A stretch of 64,000 nt of DNA from an uncultured virus (IMG/VR IMGVR_UViG_3300025635_000024) (lineage: Duplodnaviria; Heunggongvirae; Uroviricota; Caudoviricetes), in the IMG/VR virus record IMGVR_UViG_3300025635_000024; one strand, 5' to 3'. Made by a program: the position numbers and the translations under genes. The notes below the pieces were generated by a model. The model worked only from the letters and a program-made list of their open reading frames with translations. It did no database searches and had not been told where the DNA came from. Positions 18,885-26,559 of this stretch are shown in pieces (positions within the stretch are counted from its first letter, which is position 1; each line of letters begins with the position of its first letter).

Positions 18885-19453
18885 CCCCATTGCGCTGCCA
18901 TTGCGTCGGCAATGCCTTGAAATGTTTTTGACCTTATTTTTCCGCTTTTATTGTCTGAGTACCATTTAGGCAGTTTTTTCCCTGTAGGCGATATATAGAA
19001 ATCGCCTTTATCAACAATATTCGTAGGGCTTAGTAACGGTAAATTTTTAAGCCACAGACAAGTTGTTTTTTGGGCTTTATCACCAAATTGCCATGGCTGA
19101 ATTATTTGATCTGGTTTACGGTAAATGGTACTCATAATCCCAACAGGATTTTCTACAGCTATTTTGGGTATATTTGCGTTAGCAATTTTCATAAAAAAAT
19201 CTATGCCCTGTTGTTGCCGTCCATCAGCGCGCTTCTTTGCAAAATGTTTTGCCCCGCTGACTGCCAAATGCGTGCAAGGAGGGAAGGCAATCATTAAATC
19301 CCATCCGTCATCAATAACATCAAATATATCGCCTTGGTAATGAGGGCCAGGCGCATCGGTAGCCAATATGTCGCACGACATAGCTTCATGACCTCTAGCT
19401 ATAAATGCGTCACGGACAGCCCCGGAATATTCGCAAGCTATAAGAATTTTCAT
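18881..19453 (-). CDS. Short C5-cytosine DNA methyltransferase-like protein
   Basis: ACEYSG SAM-binding start, catalytic FPPC, ENPV motif; AT-rich. Confidence 0.75.
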   Translation of the reverse strand: MKILIACEYSGAVRDAFIARGHEAMSCDILATDAPGPHYQGDIFDVIDDGWDLMIAFPPCTHLAVSGAKHFAKKRADGRQQQGIDFFMKIANANIPKIAVENPVGIMSTIYRKPDQIIQPWQFGDKAQKTTCLWLKNLPLLSPTNIVDKGDFYISPTGKKLPKWYSDNKSGKIRSKTFQGIADAMAAQWG

Positions 19454-19472
19454 AATTTTTATTCTGAGAGGG

Positions 19473-19542
19473 TGGCCCCAGTCACCGCCTCATCAGGTCG
19501 AACCGACCAAGGAAAAACCTGATGATTAGACAACTAGGGCCA
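19473..19542 (-). ncRNA. Putative long hairpin RNA with pyrimidine-rich loop
   Basis: TCATCAGGT/ACCTGATGA 9-bp inner stem plus outer TGGCCC/GGGCCA; minus-strand loop UUUUCCUUGGUCGGUUCG. Confidence 0.5.
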
Positions 19543-19551
19543 TTGAAGGGT

Positions 19552-19614
19552 GGGGTACTCGCTGCACTGAGCCTCGGTGGCCATGGGACGTATCCGCAGC
19601 ATCCGCTTTCCCCC
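19552..19614 (-). ncRNA. Putative structured RNA (GAAAGCGGAUGCUG...CAGUGCAGCGAGUA), phage B copy
   Basis: Shares core sequence with 63138-63212, with a different but still pairing closing stem; 7 nt after the SSB stop. Confidence 0.65.
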
Positions 19615-19621
19615 GTGCTAC

Positions 19622-20251
19622 TTACGCCGAGCGACGACGACGTGCTGGTGCGGCTTCTTCAGCAGGCGCGTCTTGCTCCGCCTCTTCCGATTTGCCGTCC
19701 ATGCCGACCCACTCAACAATTTCAAACACTGGCGTGAAAATCTTGCCGTAGCTCTTGTGTTTGTATGAGTCGTTTTTCAAGCGCACGACGGGAACCGGCT
19801 TGCTCTGATCGGTTTCAATCTGCTGCGCAATCGCAACGCCTAATTGCTGCACGGCTTTCTTACCGCCCACCGACGTCACAGTAAAGCGCACTTCCATGCC
19901 CTTGTCTGCACCGCTAAGGGCTTTCAAACCCATACCCACTTGCACTTGCCAGCCTTTCTCGGCGTTGGGTGGTGCTGCACCAACTTCAGGCAATGGCTCC
20001 ATGACAGGAACCATCGTCTCGGCCAGCACTTCAGCGTCGCCCCAAGCGATATAGCCGTGAACGAACGACATTGGGTTGACAGCCCAGAGCGTGCCTTCTT
20101 CGACTTCCGTTTGGTTTGCGCCGTAGATCCAGTCCCCACGTTTATCCATCTTCAGGATGATGGAGCCCACAGGACCGACGTCTTTTTCAAGCGTGCGCAG
20201 AGCAGTAGTCAAGGCCGCGACGTTTGGGAGATTTGCTAGAGCGAATGACAT
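19622..20251 (-). CDS. Probable ssDNA-binding protein (DUF2815-like context)
   Basis: Between DUF2800 and the polymerase; SYKHKSYGKIFTPVFEIVEW motif and acidic C-terminal tail. Confidence 0.65.
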   Translation of the reverse strand: MSFALANLPNVAALTTALRTLEKDVGPVGSIILKMDKRGDWIYGANQTEVEEGTLWAVNPMSFVHGYIAWGDAEVLAETMVPVMEPLPEVGAAPPNAEKGWQVQVGMGLKALSGADKGMEVRFTVTSVGGKKAVQQLGVAIAQQIETDQSKPVPVVRLKNDSYKHKSYGKIFTPVFEIVEWVGMDGKSEEAEQDAPAEEAAPARRRRSA

Positions 20252-20267
20252 TGTACTTTCCTTTACT

Positions 20268-21386
20268 TTAAAGTTTAGAGAGGGCCGCAGTTAACTGCTT
20301 CCCGATTTGCAACACCGCTGGCCTCGGATCTGACTCCGGTGCCAACGTACTACCCGACGAAACCGATACAACCAGATGCGACGGTAATTTTATTTTAATC
20401 TTTTTAAGCGCCTTCTCGGCCTGCGCTGGAGAAATAACTTCAAGCTCTTTGTACGGCTCAACAAGAGACTTTAACAGAAACTGCTTGGCCTTCTCTTCGC
20501 TCACCCACTGGCGCTGCGCCTGCTTGGCGACTAACTTGTAGCCTGGCACCGGGTGATCCTTTTCAAGCATCTGGAACGCCAGCGCACGCAGGTCTTTGAT
20601 GTAGTCTTCCAGTCGATCGGCTTGCTCTAATTGCATCGCGATCTGTTCTGCCGGCAGGTTAGCCAGCTGCAGTTTCAGCGCACGCTCGACTTCGCCTGTC
20701 ATCTGCGGGCAGATCGGCTTGGCTGCGCACCAGCGGCAATGGTCGCCTGTTTGCATCGGCGCGTTAGGCCAACTGGCGATGCGAACGGCCTTGGCTAACT
20801 CGATTTCAAAGTCAATCACCCGCGCCGGTGTCGTCACCCAACGACGGATGGCCGGCGGCTGCACGATGATGCACTCGATTTCTTCTACGTCTTCAAAGAC
20901 CCATTGTGCGGCGGGTGTTCGCATTGCCGCAGCTGCGTAAAATAGTAGCTGAGGGTTTTCCACAGCATCCACAAGTACACCATCGCCAAATTTCCAATCC
21001 AGAACGACCGCGCGTTTATTCTTACGCCCAAGTAGGTCAGTGCTACCAAAGACACCAGGCAGATAATCGCCAAACCCAACTCGGGTCTCCACCATGTATT
21101 CCATCGTCTTGTCGGGGTCGATGGTGTCGAGTGCTTCAAGAGCGGGAATAATCTTCTCATCAAGTAGCTCCTGTGTTAGAACCTGATCTTTGTAGGTGGC
21201 GCCAATGCACTGCTGTGGCGGCTTGTCGAACTCGAGTAGTTCGGCGATCACGTTGTGCAGCAGTGTGCCACGGTCTGCGTGTTCACTCGAGGGTTTGGGC
21301 GGCATCTTGGCGCAGAGTGCGACTGACGCCGGGCAGCTGATGACGCGCTTGGCAGTCGAGCCACCGACAATATTAGAATGGTTCAC
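20268..21386 (-). CDS. DUF2800 / Cas4-like PD-(D/E)XK exonuclease
   Basis: GTLLH, GSTD, LDWKFG, QLLFYA, HCRWC...CP. Probable GTG start at 21386 with a GGAG RBS. Confidence 0.8.
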   Translation of the reverse strand: MNHSNIVGGSTAKRVISCPASVALCAKMPPKPSSEHADRGTLLHNVIAELLEFDKPPQQCIGATYKDQVLTQELLDEKIIPALEALDTIDPDKTMEYMVETRVGFGDYLPGVFGSTDLLGRKNKRAVVLDWKFGDGVLVDAVENPQLLFYAAAAMRTPAAQWVFEDVEEIECIIVQPPAIRRWVTTPARVIDFEIELAKAVRIASWPNAPMQTGDHCRWCAAKPICPQMTGEVERALKLQLANLPAEQIAMQLEQADRLEDYIKDLRALAFQMLEKDHPVPGYKLVAKQAQRQWVSEEKAKQFLLKSLVEPYKELEVISPAQAEKALKKIKIKLPSHLVVSVSSGSTLAPESDPRPAVLQIGKQLTAALSKL

Positions 21387-21414
21387 TGTACTCTCCTGAA
21401 CTGTTTGAACCCCG

Positions 21415-21466
21415 ACTATGCCCGGTAAGATAATCCTTGTCAAATACTTTTTTAGGGTGTTATATT
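21415..21466. promoter_or_regulatory. Divergent promoters of the replication region
   Basis: Minus strand: TTGACA-17-CATAGT. Plus strand: extended -10 TGtTATATT ending 6 nt before the ATG at 21473. Confidence 0.6.
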
Positions 21467-21472
21467 TCGGCC

Positions 21473-21745
21473 ATGCGTGAATCAGAGATCGAGAATTATT
21501 TTGTCTGGACGGTCGAGCGGGCTGGCGGCAAGACGTACAAGTTCAAGTCCATCACCCAGCGCGGAGTGAGTGACCGCATCGCTTGTATGCCTGATGGATC
21601 TACGTGGTTTATAGAATTGAAAGCCCCCAAAGGGCGCCTGTCAGAGCTGCAAAAGATATTCCGCAACGATGTGTTGCGATTGAGACAAAACTATGCCTGT
21701 TTATGGTCAAAGGAAATGGTGGATGAGTGGGTTAAGGGGTTATAA
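21473..21745 (+). CDS. VRR-NUC domain nuclease
   Basis: MRESEIE..., GVSDRI, FIELKAPKGRLSELQ motifs. Confidence 0.85.
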   Translation: MRESEIENYFVWTVERAGGKTYKFKSITQRGVSDRIACMPDGSTWFIELKAPKGRLSELQKIFRNDVLRLRQNYACLWSKEMVDEWVKGL

Positions 21746-21748
21746 GTT

Positions 21749-21898
21749 ATGAACAAAGAAGACAGCATCCATACCTGCAATGCATATGAGCCGCGTTGTG
21801 ACAGTTGTCCCAGTGGTGTTGCAAACGCTATCCGCGCAAGGATGACTCCACTACAACGCATGAACAAAGCCGCTGAAGATAACGGGGAGGAGTTATGA
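21749..21898 (+). CDS. 49-aa mosaic ORF (MNKEDSIHTC-NA-YEPRCDSCPSGVANAIRAR-MTP-LQRMNKAAEDNGEEL)
   Basis: Hand translation; made of three segments matching phage A ORFs at 60319-61200. Confidence 0.65.
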   Translation: MNKEDSIHTCNAYEPRCDSCPSGVANAIRARMTPLQRMNKAAEDNGEEL

Positions 21899-22239
21899 CA
21901 ACAGATAGAGAGCTAATGCAGATGGCGTTGGATGCGTTGGAGAAACACATCCTTGAATACGAAACAGTAGAAGCACTCCGCGCCAGACTAGCGCAGCCTG
22001 AACCGGAGCCGGTGGCGTGGATGGAAGTTGTGAAACGGATTGACCCAAACAGCAGAGAAATATCGGAACAAACAATTTTAAGAAACTACGACACAGGGCA
22101 TGGCGAACCACTCTACACCGCCCCACCACAGCGCGAATGGCAAGGGCTGACGGATGAGGAAATTGAAAACTGCTTTGAAATGAGTATGTTTGGGACTTGC
22201 CGCGCCATCGAAGCCAAGCTGAAGGCCAAAAATGCTTAA
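21895..22239 (+). CDS. Hypothetical phage protein (TDRELMQ...EPVAW...PLYTAPPQREW type)
   Basis: ATGA coupling, GGAGG RBS. Confidence 0.7.
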   Translation: MTTDRELMQMALDALEKHILEYETVEALRARLAQPEPEPVAWMEVVKRIDPNSREISEQTILRNYDTGHGEPLYTAPPQREWQGLTDEEIENCFEMSMFGTCRAIEAKLKAKNA

Positions 22240-23572
22240 GCTGCGCCCCTATCAGGATGAAGCGGCTGACTTCCTGTACGAGCGCGATCGAGCGATGATC
22301 TTGGCGCCTGTGGGCGCAGGCAAGACGGCGATCACGCTGACCGCCATGCAGGCAATGATTAAGGACGGCCATGCGTCACGCTTCCTGGTTCTCGCGCCCA
22401 AGCGTGTCTGCACGGACGTGTGGCCCGTCGAGGCGCGCAAGTGGGCGTCTGCGCTGACGATTGCTGTAGCGGTAGGATCACCAACACTTCGCTGGGCTGC
22501 AATGAAGCATGGCGATTCAATAGTGGTCATCAACTACGACAACATCCAGTGGCTGGCCGAGCAGGATCTGTCATCGTTCGACGCCATTGTGTTTGATGAG
22601 CTGACAAAGCTGAAGAACCCGTCAGGCACGCGGTTCAAGGCGCTGCACAAGGTGATTGGCCAGTTCAAAATCCGCTGGGGTTTGACCGGGTCGTTCACGT
22701 CTAACGGCCTCGAGGATGTCTTCGGGCAGTGCAAGATCATCGACGAGAAGCTGCTTGGCCGCGCCAAGGGCGCCTTCCTGCAGCAATACTTTGTATGTAT
22801 GAACCGCGACTTCGGCGAGTGGCTGCCACGCCCTGGCGCCCTGCCGCTGGTCATGGAGCGCATCAAGCCGGCGACCTATGTCTTGGAGCCGGGCGAGTAC
22901 AAGGACAAGCTGCCCGAGTGCCATGTCGTCGAGCTGCGATGCCAGCTGGACGACCGGCAGCCCTACGAGAAGATGAAAAAAGATTTCGTGGTGCGCTTTC
23001 CGACCGCCGAGGTACTGGCGGCCAACGCCGCCGCCGTTACATCAAAGTTGCAACAGATGGCGTCCGGCTTTGTGTACGACAGCAGCCGCGTGGCGTCGGA
23101 CGCGCCGGGTAAATTCACTAGCAGCAAGGAGGCTGTCTGGTTTAGCAGCCACAAGTTTGATCGGTTGGACGAACTATTGGAGGAGAATCAACATGCGAAC
23201 ACGCTTATCGTTTACCAGTTTCAGGAAGAGGTGGCAGAACTTCGTCGCCGCTATCCGAAACTTGCCACGCTCGATGATGACCGCGCTATTGAGCGATGGA
23301 ACGCCGGCCAAACGGAGCTCCTTGCTGTACATCCAAAATCCGCCGGACACGGTCTTAACCTCCAGCACGGTGGATGCCACATGGTCTTTTTGTCGTTGCC
23401 GTGGTCGCTGGAACTCTATGAACAGGTCATTGGACGACTCCACCGATCTGGACAGCAGCGCGACGTGTGGGTCTATATTCTGCTCGCCGAAAAGACAGTT
23501 GACGAAAAGATCTTCGCCGCTCTGCACGACAAACGAGCAATTTCCGACATAGCAATGGAGGCATTGAAATGA
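22232..23572 (+). CDS. SNF2-like superfamily 2 helicase
   Basis: LRPYQ, GAGKT, FDELT, LTGS, GHGLNLQ, QVIGRLHRSGQ. Confidence 0.9.
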   Translation: MLKLRPYQDEAADFLYERDRAMILAPVGAGKTAITLTAMQAMIKDGHASRFLVLAPKRVCTDVWPVEARKWASALTIAVAVGSPTLRWAAMKHGDSIVVINYDNIQWLAEQDLSSFDAIVFDELTKLKNPSGTRFKALHKVIGQFKIRWGLTGSFTSNGLEDVFGQCKIIDEKLLGRAKGAFLQQYFVCMNRDFGEWLPRPGALPLVMERIKPATYVLEPGEYKDKLPECHVVELRCQLDDRQPYEKMKKDFVVRFPTAEVLAANAAAVTSKLQQMASGFVYDSSRVASDAPGKFTSSKEAVWFSSHKFDRLDELLEENQHANTLIVYQFQEEVAELRRRYPKLATLDDDRAIERWNAGQTELLAVHPKSAGHGLNLQHGGCHMVFLSLPWSLELYEQVIGRLHRSGQQRDVWVYILLAEKTVDEKIFAALHDKRAISDIAMEALK

Positions 23573-23742
23573 AACGGCTGCAATACTGGATGGCCAAGTT
23601 GCGAGCAGCGCAGGCCGAAGAACGCGCGCGCCGCCGCGAATTAAATCAGATGCAGCGGGCATTTGAGCGAGCATTAGAAGACGTTACTAAAATTGAACAG
23701 AGGATTAACCATGAAAAAGCTAAGTTGGCGCGCCCTAAATGA
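23569..23742 (+). CDS. 57-aa basic coiled-coil protein
   Basis: Hand translation; ATGA coupling with the helicase. Confidence 0.55.
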   Translation: MKRLQYWMAKLRAAQAEERARRRELNQMQRAFERALEDVTKIEQRINHEKAKLARPK

Positions 23743-23905
23743 CAAGATTGCGACGCTATCCGAAGATGAGGTGTTTGCCTTGCTAACGCATGAGCAATTG
23801 AACGAGCGCCGGAGTTCCATTCTTGAGCGACTGCACCAGCGCTACTGCGCTTTGCGCGATGCCCGTGAACGGGTCGAGATTTTGCAGAAAGCAGTGCGCC
23901 CATGA
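23711..23905 (+). CDS. Hypothetical protein
   Basis: GAGG RBS before the ATG at 23711. Confidence 0.6.
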   Translation: MKKLSWRALNDKIATLSEDEVFALLTHEQLNERRSSILERLHQRYCALRDARERVEILQKAVRP

Positions 23906-24147
23906 AATGTCAGCACTGTGGTTCTAGAACGTTCGTTGTGAACACTAACCAACAACCAGGTGGCATCCGACGGCAACGTCGATGTGACTCATGCAAGATT
24001 AGTGCCTACTCAGCCGAGGTGTGGATTGCCGGCAACGTGATGGTAGGAAAATCGATCTATACTAACCAAGAGGCGGCGTTGATAAAAAAGAAAGGCGTTG
24101 ACGCTCGCCGCGCAAATGAAGATAGGAGGAAAAAAGATGCTTCGTGA
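23902..24147 (+). CDS. Zn-ribbon protein (NrdR N-terminus-like)
   Basis: MKCxxC...RRQRRCxxC. Confidence 0.7.
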   Translation: MKCQHCGSRTFVVNTNQQPGGIRRQRRCDSCKISAYSAEVWIAGNVMVGKSIYTNQEAALIKKKGVDARRANEDRRKKDAS

Positions 24148-24319
24148 CGGAAACTTTATCCGAGAAGAACCCCCTAAGATTGGCGCGCACTACGTGCCGG
24201 AGTTCTACGCTAAACCTGCAACGCCTGAAGAGCGCTTTGTGCAGGACATTATGTTGGGCGCCAAGCCGCATCATGAATCGCCACTTACTAAATTTTTTGG
24301 GAGGCTACTGAGCGTATGA
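24137..24319 (+). CDS. Hypothetical protein
   Basis: AGGAGG RBS upstream; in operon. Confidence 0.55.
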   Translation: MLRDGNFIREEPPKIGAHYVPEFYAKPATPEERFVQDIMLGAKPHHESPLTKFFGRLLSV

Positions 24320-24498
24320 AAGAACTTGTCTATATCTATTACGCGATGATCATCATCGCAACGCTCGGGTTCTTGGTTTTTTTCGTTGATGAACCGCACC
24401 GCCCTACGGCCGCCGAATGCGGCATCGCGGAGATATCGCCCGACATGTCGCCACAAGACCGCGCCGTCTGCCGCCAGCTGCGACGGCACCGCATGTAA
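24316..24498 (+). CDS. Small membrane protein with C-x3-EISPD...C motif
   Basis: N-terminal TM helix; homologous to phage A 61197..61376. Confidence 0.65.
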   Translation: MKELVYIYYAMIIIATLGFLVFFVDEPHRPTAAECGIAEISPDMSPQDRAVCRQLRRHRM

Positions 24499-24972
24499 TT
24501 ACTTGGGTCTTAGGGATTCGTACTGGGCGTGGCATTGCTTGAGGGCTGCGCGGAGCTCATCTGCTCTGGCAGCCTCCCCTGCAAGAAATGCTGCATCCTC
24601 TCGAGAAAGTCCTGCTCCAGTACAGCTGGTGGGGGCGCATCCAGCGCTGGCGGTACTGGGCACGGCACTGGCTTCGGCGGTGGGGCGACTGGGGCGCTCG
24701 CGCAGGCTGTTAGCAAGAGCAGCGGCGCGAGCGTTGATATTCCGAATTTCTGCATCTTTGTCCTTTCGCAATTTGTCCGCTGACGCCTGCAAGTCTTGCT
24801 CCTTCTGACGCGCGGCTTCCTGCGCTTCGGCATACGCCGCGTACTGCTGGGTCTTCTCTTTATCCCATGCCTGCTGGACCTTGGCCATGCCAAGTTCGTG
24901 GCCCTTGTACAGGCCGCCAGCGCCGGCAGCCGCTACTGCCAGCGTGGCGCCCAGGATAAACCAAGGATTCAT
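24499..24972 (-). CDS. Rz: Inner-membrane spanin
   Basis: N-terminal TM, coiled coil, C-terminal Cys; last gene of the lysis cassette. Confidence 0.75.
   Translation of the reverse strand: MNPWFILGATLAVAAAGAGGLYKGHELGMAKVQQAWDKEKTQQYAAYAEAQEAARQKEQDLQASADKLRKDKDAEIRNINARAAALANSLRERPSRPTAEASAVPSTASAGCAPTSCTGAGLSREDAAFLAGEAARADELRAALKQCHAQYESLRPK
24510..24755 (-). CDS. Rz1: Outer-membrane lipoprotein spanin fully embedded in Rz
   Basis: MQKFGISTLAPLLLLTAC lipobox followed by a Pro-rich sequence in an alternative frame. Confidence 0.75.
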   Translation of the reverse strand: MQKFGISTLAPLLLLTACASAPVAPPPKPVPCPVPPALDAPPPAVLEQDFLERMQHFLQGRLPEQMSSAQPSSNATPSTNP

Positions 24973-25136
24973 TTGGGCGGCACTTTCGTGCCGTCGAGTT
25001 TCTTATGAACCTTGATCATTTTGCAGACTTCGACTTCTTTGCCCTTTTGCTTCTCTTTGTGGCAGACCTTTTTGGTTTCGGCAGCCAGCGATAAGTTAAC
25101 AGTCAGGGCCAATAAAGTTATCAATAGCGTTTTCAT
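24969..25136 (-). CDS. 55-aa exported Lys-rich protein with two Cys
   Basis: Hand translation MKTLLITLLALTVNLSLAAETKKVC...; ATGA overlaps on both sides. Confidence 0.65.
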   Translation of the reverse strand: MKTLLITLLALTVNLSLAAETKKVCHKEKQKGKEVEVCKMIKVHKKLDGTKVPPK

Positions 25137-25537
25137 TCGTCTCTCTCTGGGTGGGGTGGTTGAACTGGGGCAGGTTTGCCACCGTAGCCGACTGTTGTGG
25201 GTTCCGACTCCGTGCGTACCGTGGTCACCGTAGTGGTTACTACCGGCTTTGGTGGCTCTGGCTCTGGCTTGCTCAGATTAGGCGGCACGAACTGTGGCAG
25301 GGCTTCTTTGCCTTTAACCGCGATCAGCGTGGCCAAGGCGCCCAGGATGTACTTTGACATGTCCGAGAGCAGCAAGAAAAACTGTTTGTCCGCTGGCGCC
25401 ATGCCCGACATCGGCTGCGTCACGAACACGACCGAGTACATGGCCAGGGTCGCCATCATGCCCAGAATTGCGCAGAACGTAATACCGATCGCGAACTTCA
25501 GATAGGCGTTAAGTTGTTCTTCGGTCAGATGCGTCAT
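25133..25537 (-). CDS. Two-TM membrane protein, holin candidate
   Basis: Two hydrophobic helices and a Pro-rich tail, in the lysis cassette. Confidence 0.55.
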   Translation of the reverse strand: MTHLTEEQLNAYLKFAIGITFCAILGMMATLAMYSVVFVTQPMSGMAPADKQFFLLLSDMSKYILGALATLIAVKGKEALPQFVPPNLSKPEPEPPKPVVTTTVTTVRTESEPTTVGYGGKPAPVQPPHPERDE

Positions 25538-25728
25538 GGTTTGGCCTTTTCAGGTTGGGTTACATCGTCGGGACAGGTTCCTGTCGCCGTGCAGATAGGC
25601 GGCTTGCACTCTTTCGTCTCCCAGTTGGCCGGATCCTGGCAAGGGTACCGAAAGCGGTCGCTGCAGGCGTTAGCCGCCCAGCACATGCAGAGCATGAGCG
25701 TAATGTTTCTTACGGTCTTCGAGTCCAA
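25534..25728 (-). CDS. Small Cys-rich putative lipoprotein overlapping the endolysin 3' end
   Basis: Signal-like N-terminus, ...ANAC-SDRFRYPCQDPANW...C.PP.C...G.CP. Confidence 0.6.
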   Translation of the reverse strand: MDSKTVRNITLMLCMCWAANACSDRFRYPCQDPANWETKECKPPICTATGTCPDDVTQPEKAKP

Positions 25729-26308
25729 TGGTTCCTCCGTTAATCCGCTTGGTCATAGTCAGTATGTCGCCAGCGTCGGCCAACGCGTTCAGTTTTGCGG
25801 TTTCCCAGTACCAGCAGGCGCTTTGCGCTGCGCCCTCGAAGGTCTGCATGTATTCGGCAGCAGCTTCAGGCGTGATCTCGAGCGACGACGCGAACCAGAA
25901 ATAGTTGTCCTTGCCGGTGACTTGTATCAAACCTCGGCCCTTGTACCGGGCGCCATCGCCCGACGCCTCGTCGCCGTTGCCCATACGGTTGGCGTAGACG
26001 CGGTTGGCGATCTTGTCGGGCTGTCTGGCGTAGGCGTTTGCGGTCGCCTGATCAGGAAAATACTTGGCAAAGGTTTTCATCAGACCTGCTGCGCTGTAGT
26101 TCAGATTCTCGGTGAGGAACACAAAGCCGCCCGACTCATGACCGCATTGGGCCATGAACGCGGCAATACGCTTGGGGGTGTTGATCTCGTACTCGTCCAG
26201 CAGGGTTTTGTTGCCTAGAATGGACTTGTGGCCAAACAAGGTGTCGTACCACTGCTGTGGGTATTTGGTGTTGGGAACTAACTGCTTGAACTGTTGTAAC
26301 GTAATCAA
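25670..26308 (-). CDS. Endolysin, glycoside hydrolase family 19 (chitinase-like)
   Basis: AAFMAQCGHES, ENLNYS, YKGRGLIQVTGKDNY, TKRINGG. Confidence 0.92.
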   Translation of the reverse strand: MITLQQFKQLVPNTKYPQQWYDTLFGHKSILGNKTLLDEYEINTPKRIAAFMAQCGHESGGFVFLTENLNYSAAGLMKTFAKYFPDQATANAYARQPDKIANRVYANRMGNGDEASGDGARYKGRGLIQVTGKDNYFWFASSLEITPEAAAEYMQTFEGAAQSACWYWETAKLNALADAGDILTMTKRINGGTIGLEDRKKHYAHALHVLGG

Positions 26309-26559
26309 GGCTCACCTCGCATTTGATCAGCAATTATTTGCTTGCGTAACTCTCGTATTGCTTTGATTTCCATCTCAACTGCCGCTCTGGCATTGTTAAG
26401 ATCCATGTACATGACCCCCATAATTGGGATAACCACCACGAAGGTCAATGCCATTATCGCCACACATAAGACGACAATAAGCGATACGTCAGACTCTCCC
26501 TTAGAAGATACAGGACGGCGAGGAGCCACACGACGACGAAAAATACTGCCCCAAACCAT
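26305..26559 (-). CDS. Single-TM membrane protein upstream of the endolysin (holin/antiholin candidate)
   Basis: Basic N-terminus, long TM, coiled-coil tail; ATGA coupling to the endolysin. Confidence 0.55.
   Translation of the reverse strand: MVWGSIFRRRVAPRRPVSSKGESDVSLIVVLCVAIMALTFVVVIPIMGVMYMDLNNARAAVEMEIKAIRELRKQIIADQMRGEP

Noticed and set aside
19490..19530. Hammerhead ribozyme (CUGAUGA present on both strands)
   Set aside because: CUGAUGA is part of a perfect stem here, and no stem II followed by GAAA is correctly placed.
20268..21386. Cas4-like gene as part of a CRISPR system
   Set aside because: No repeat-spacer array or other cas genes; DUF2800 next to SSB and polymerase is a standard phage replication module.
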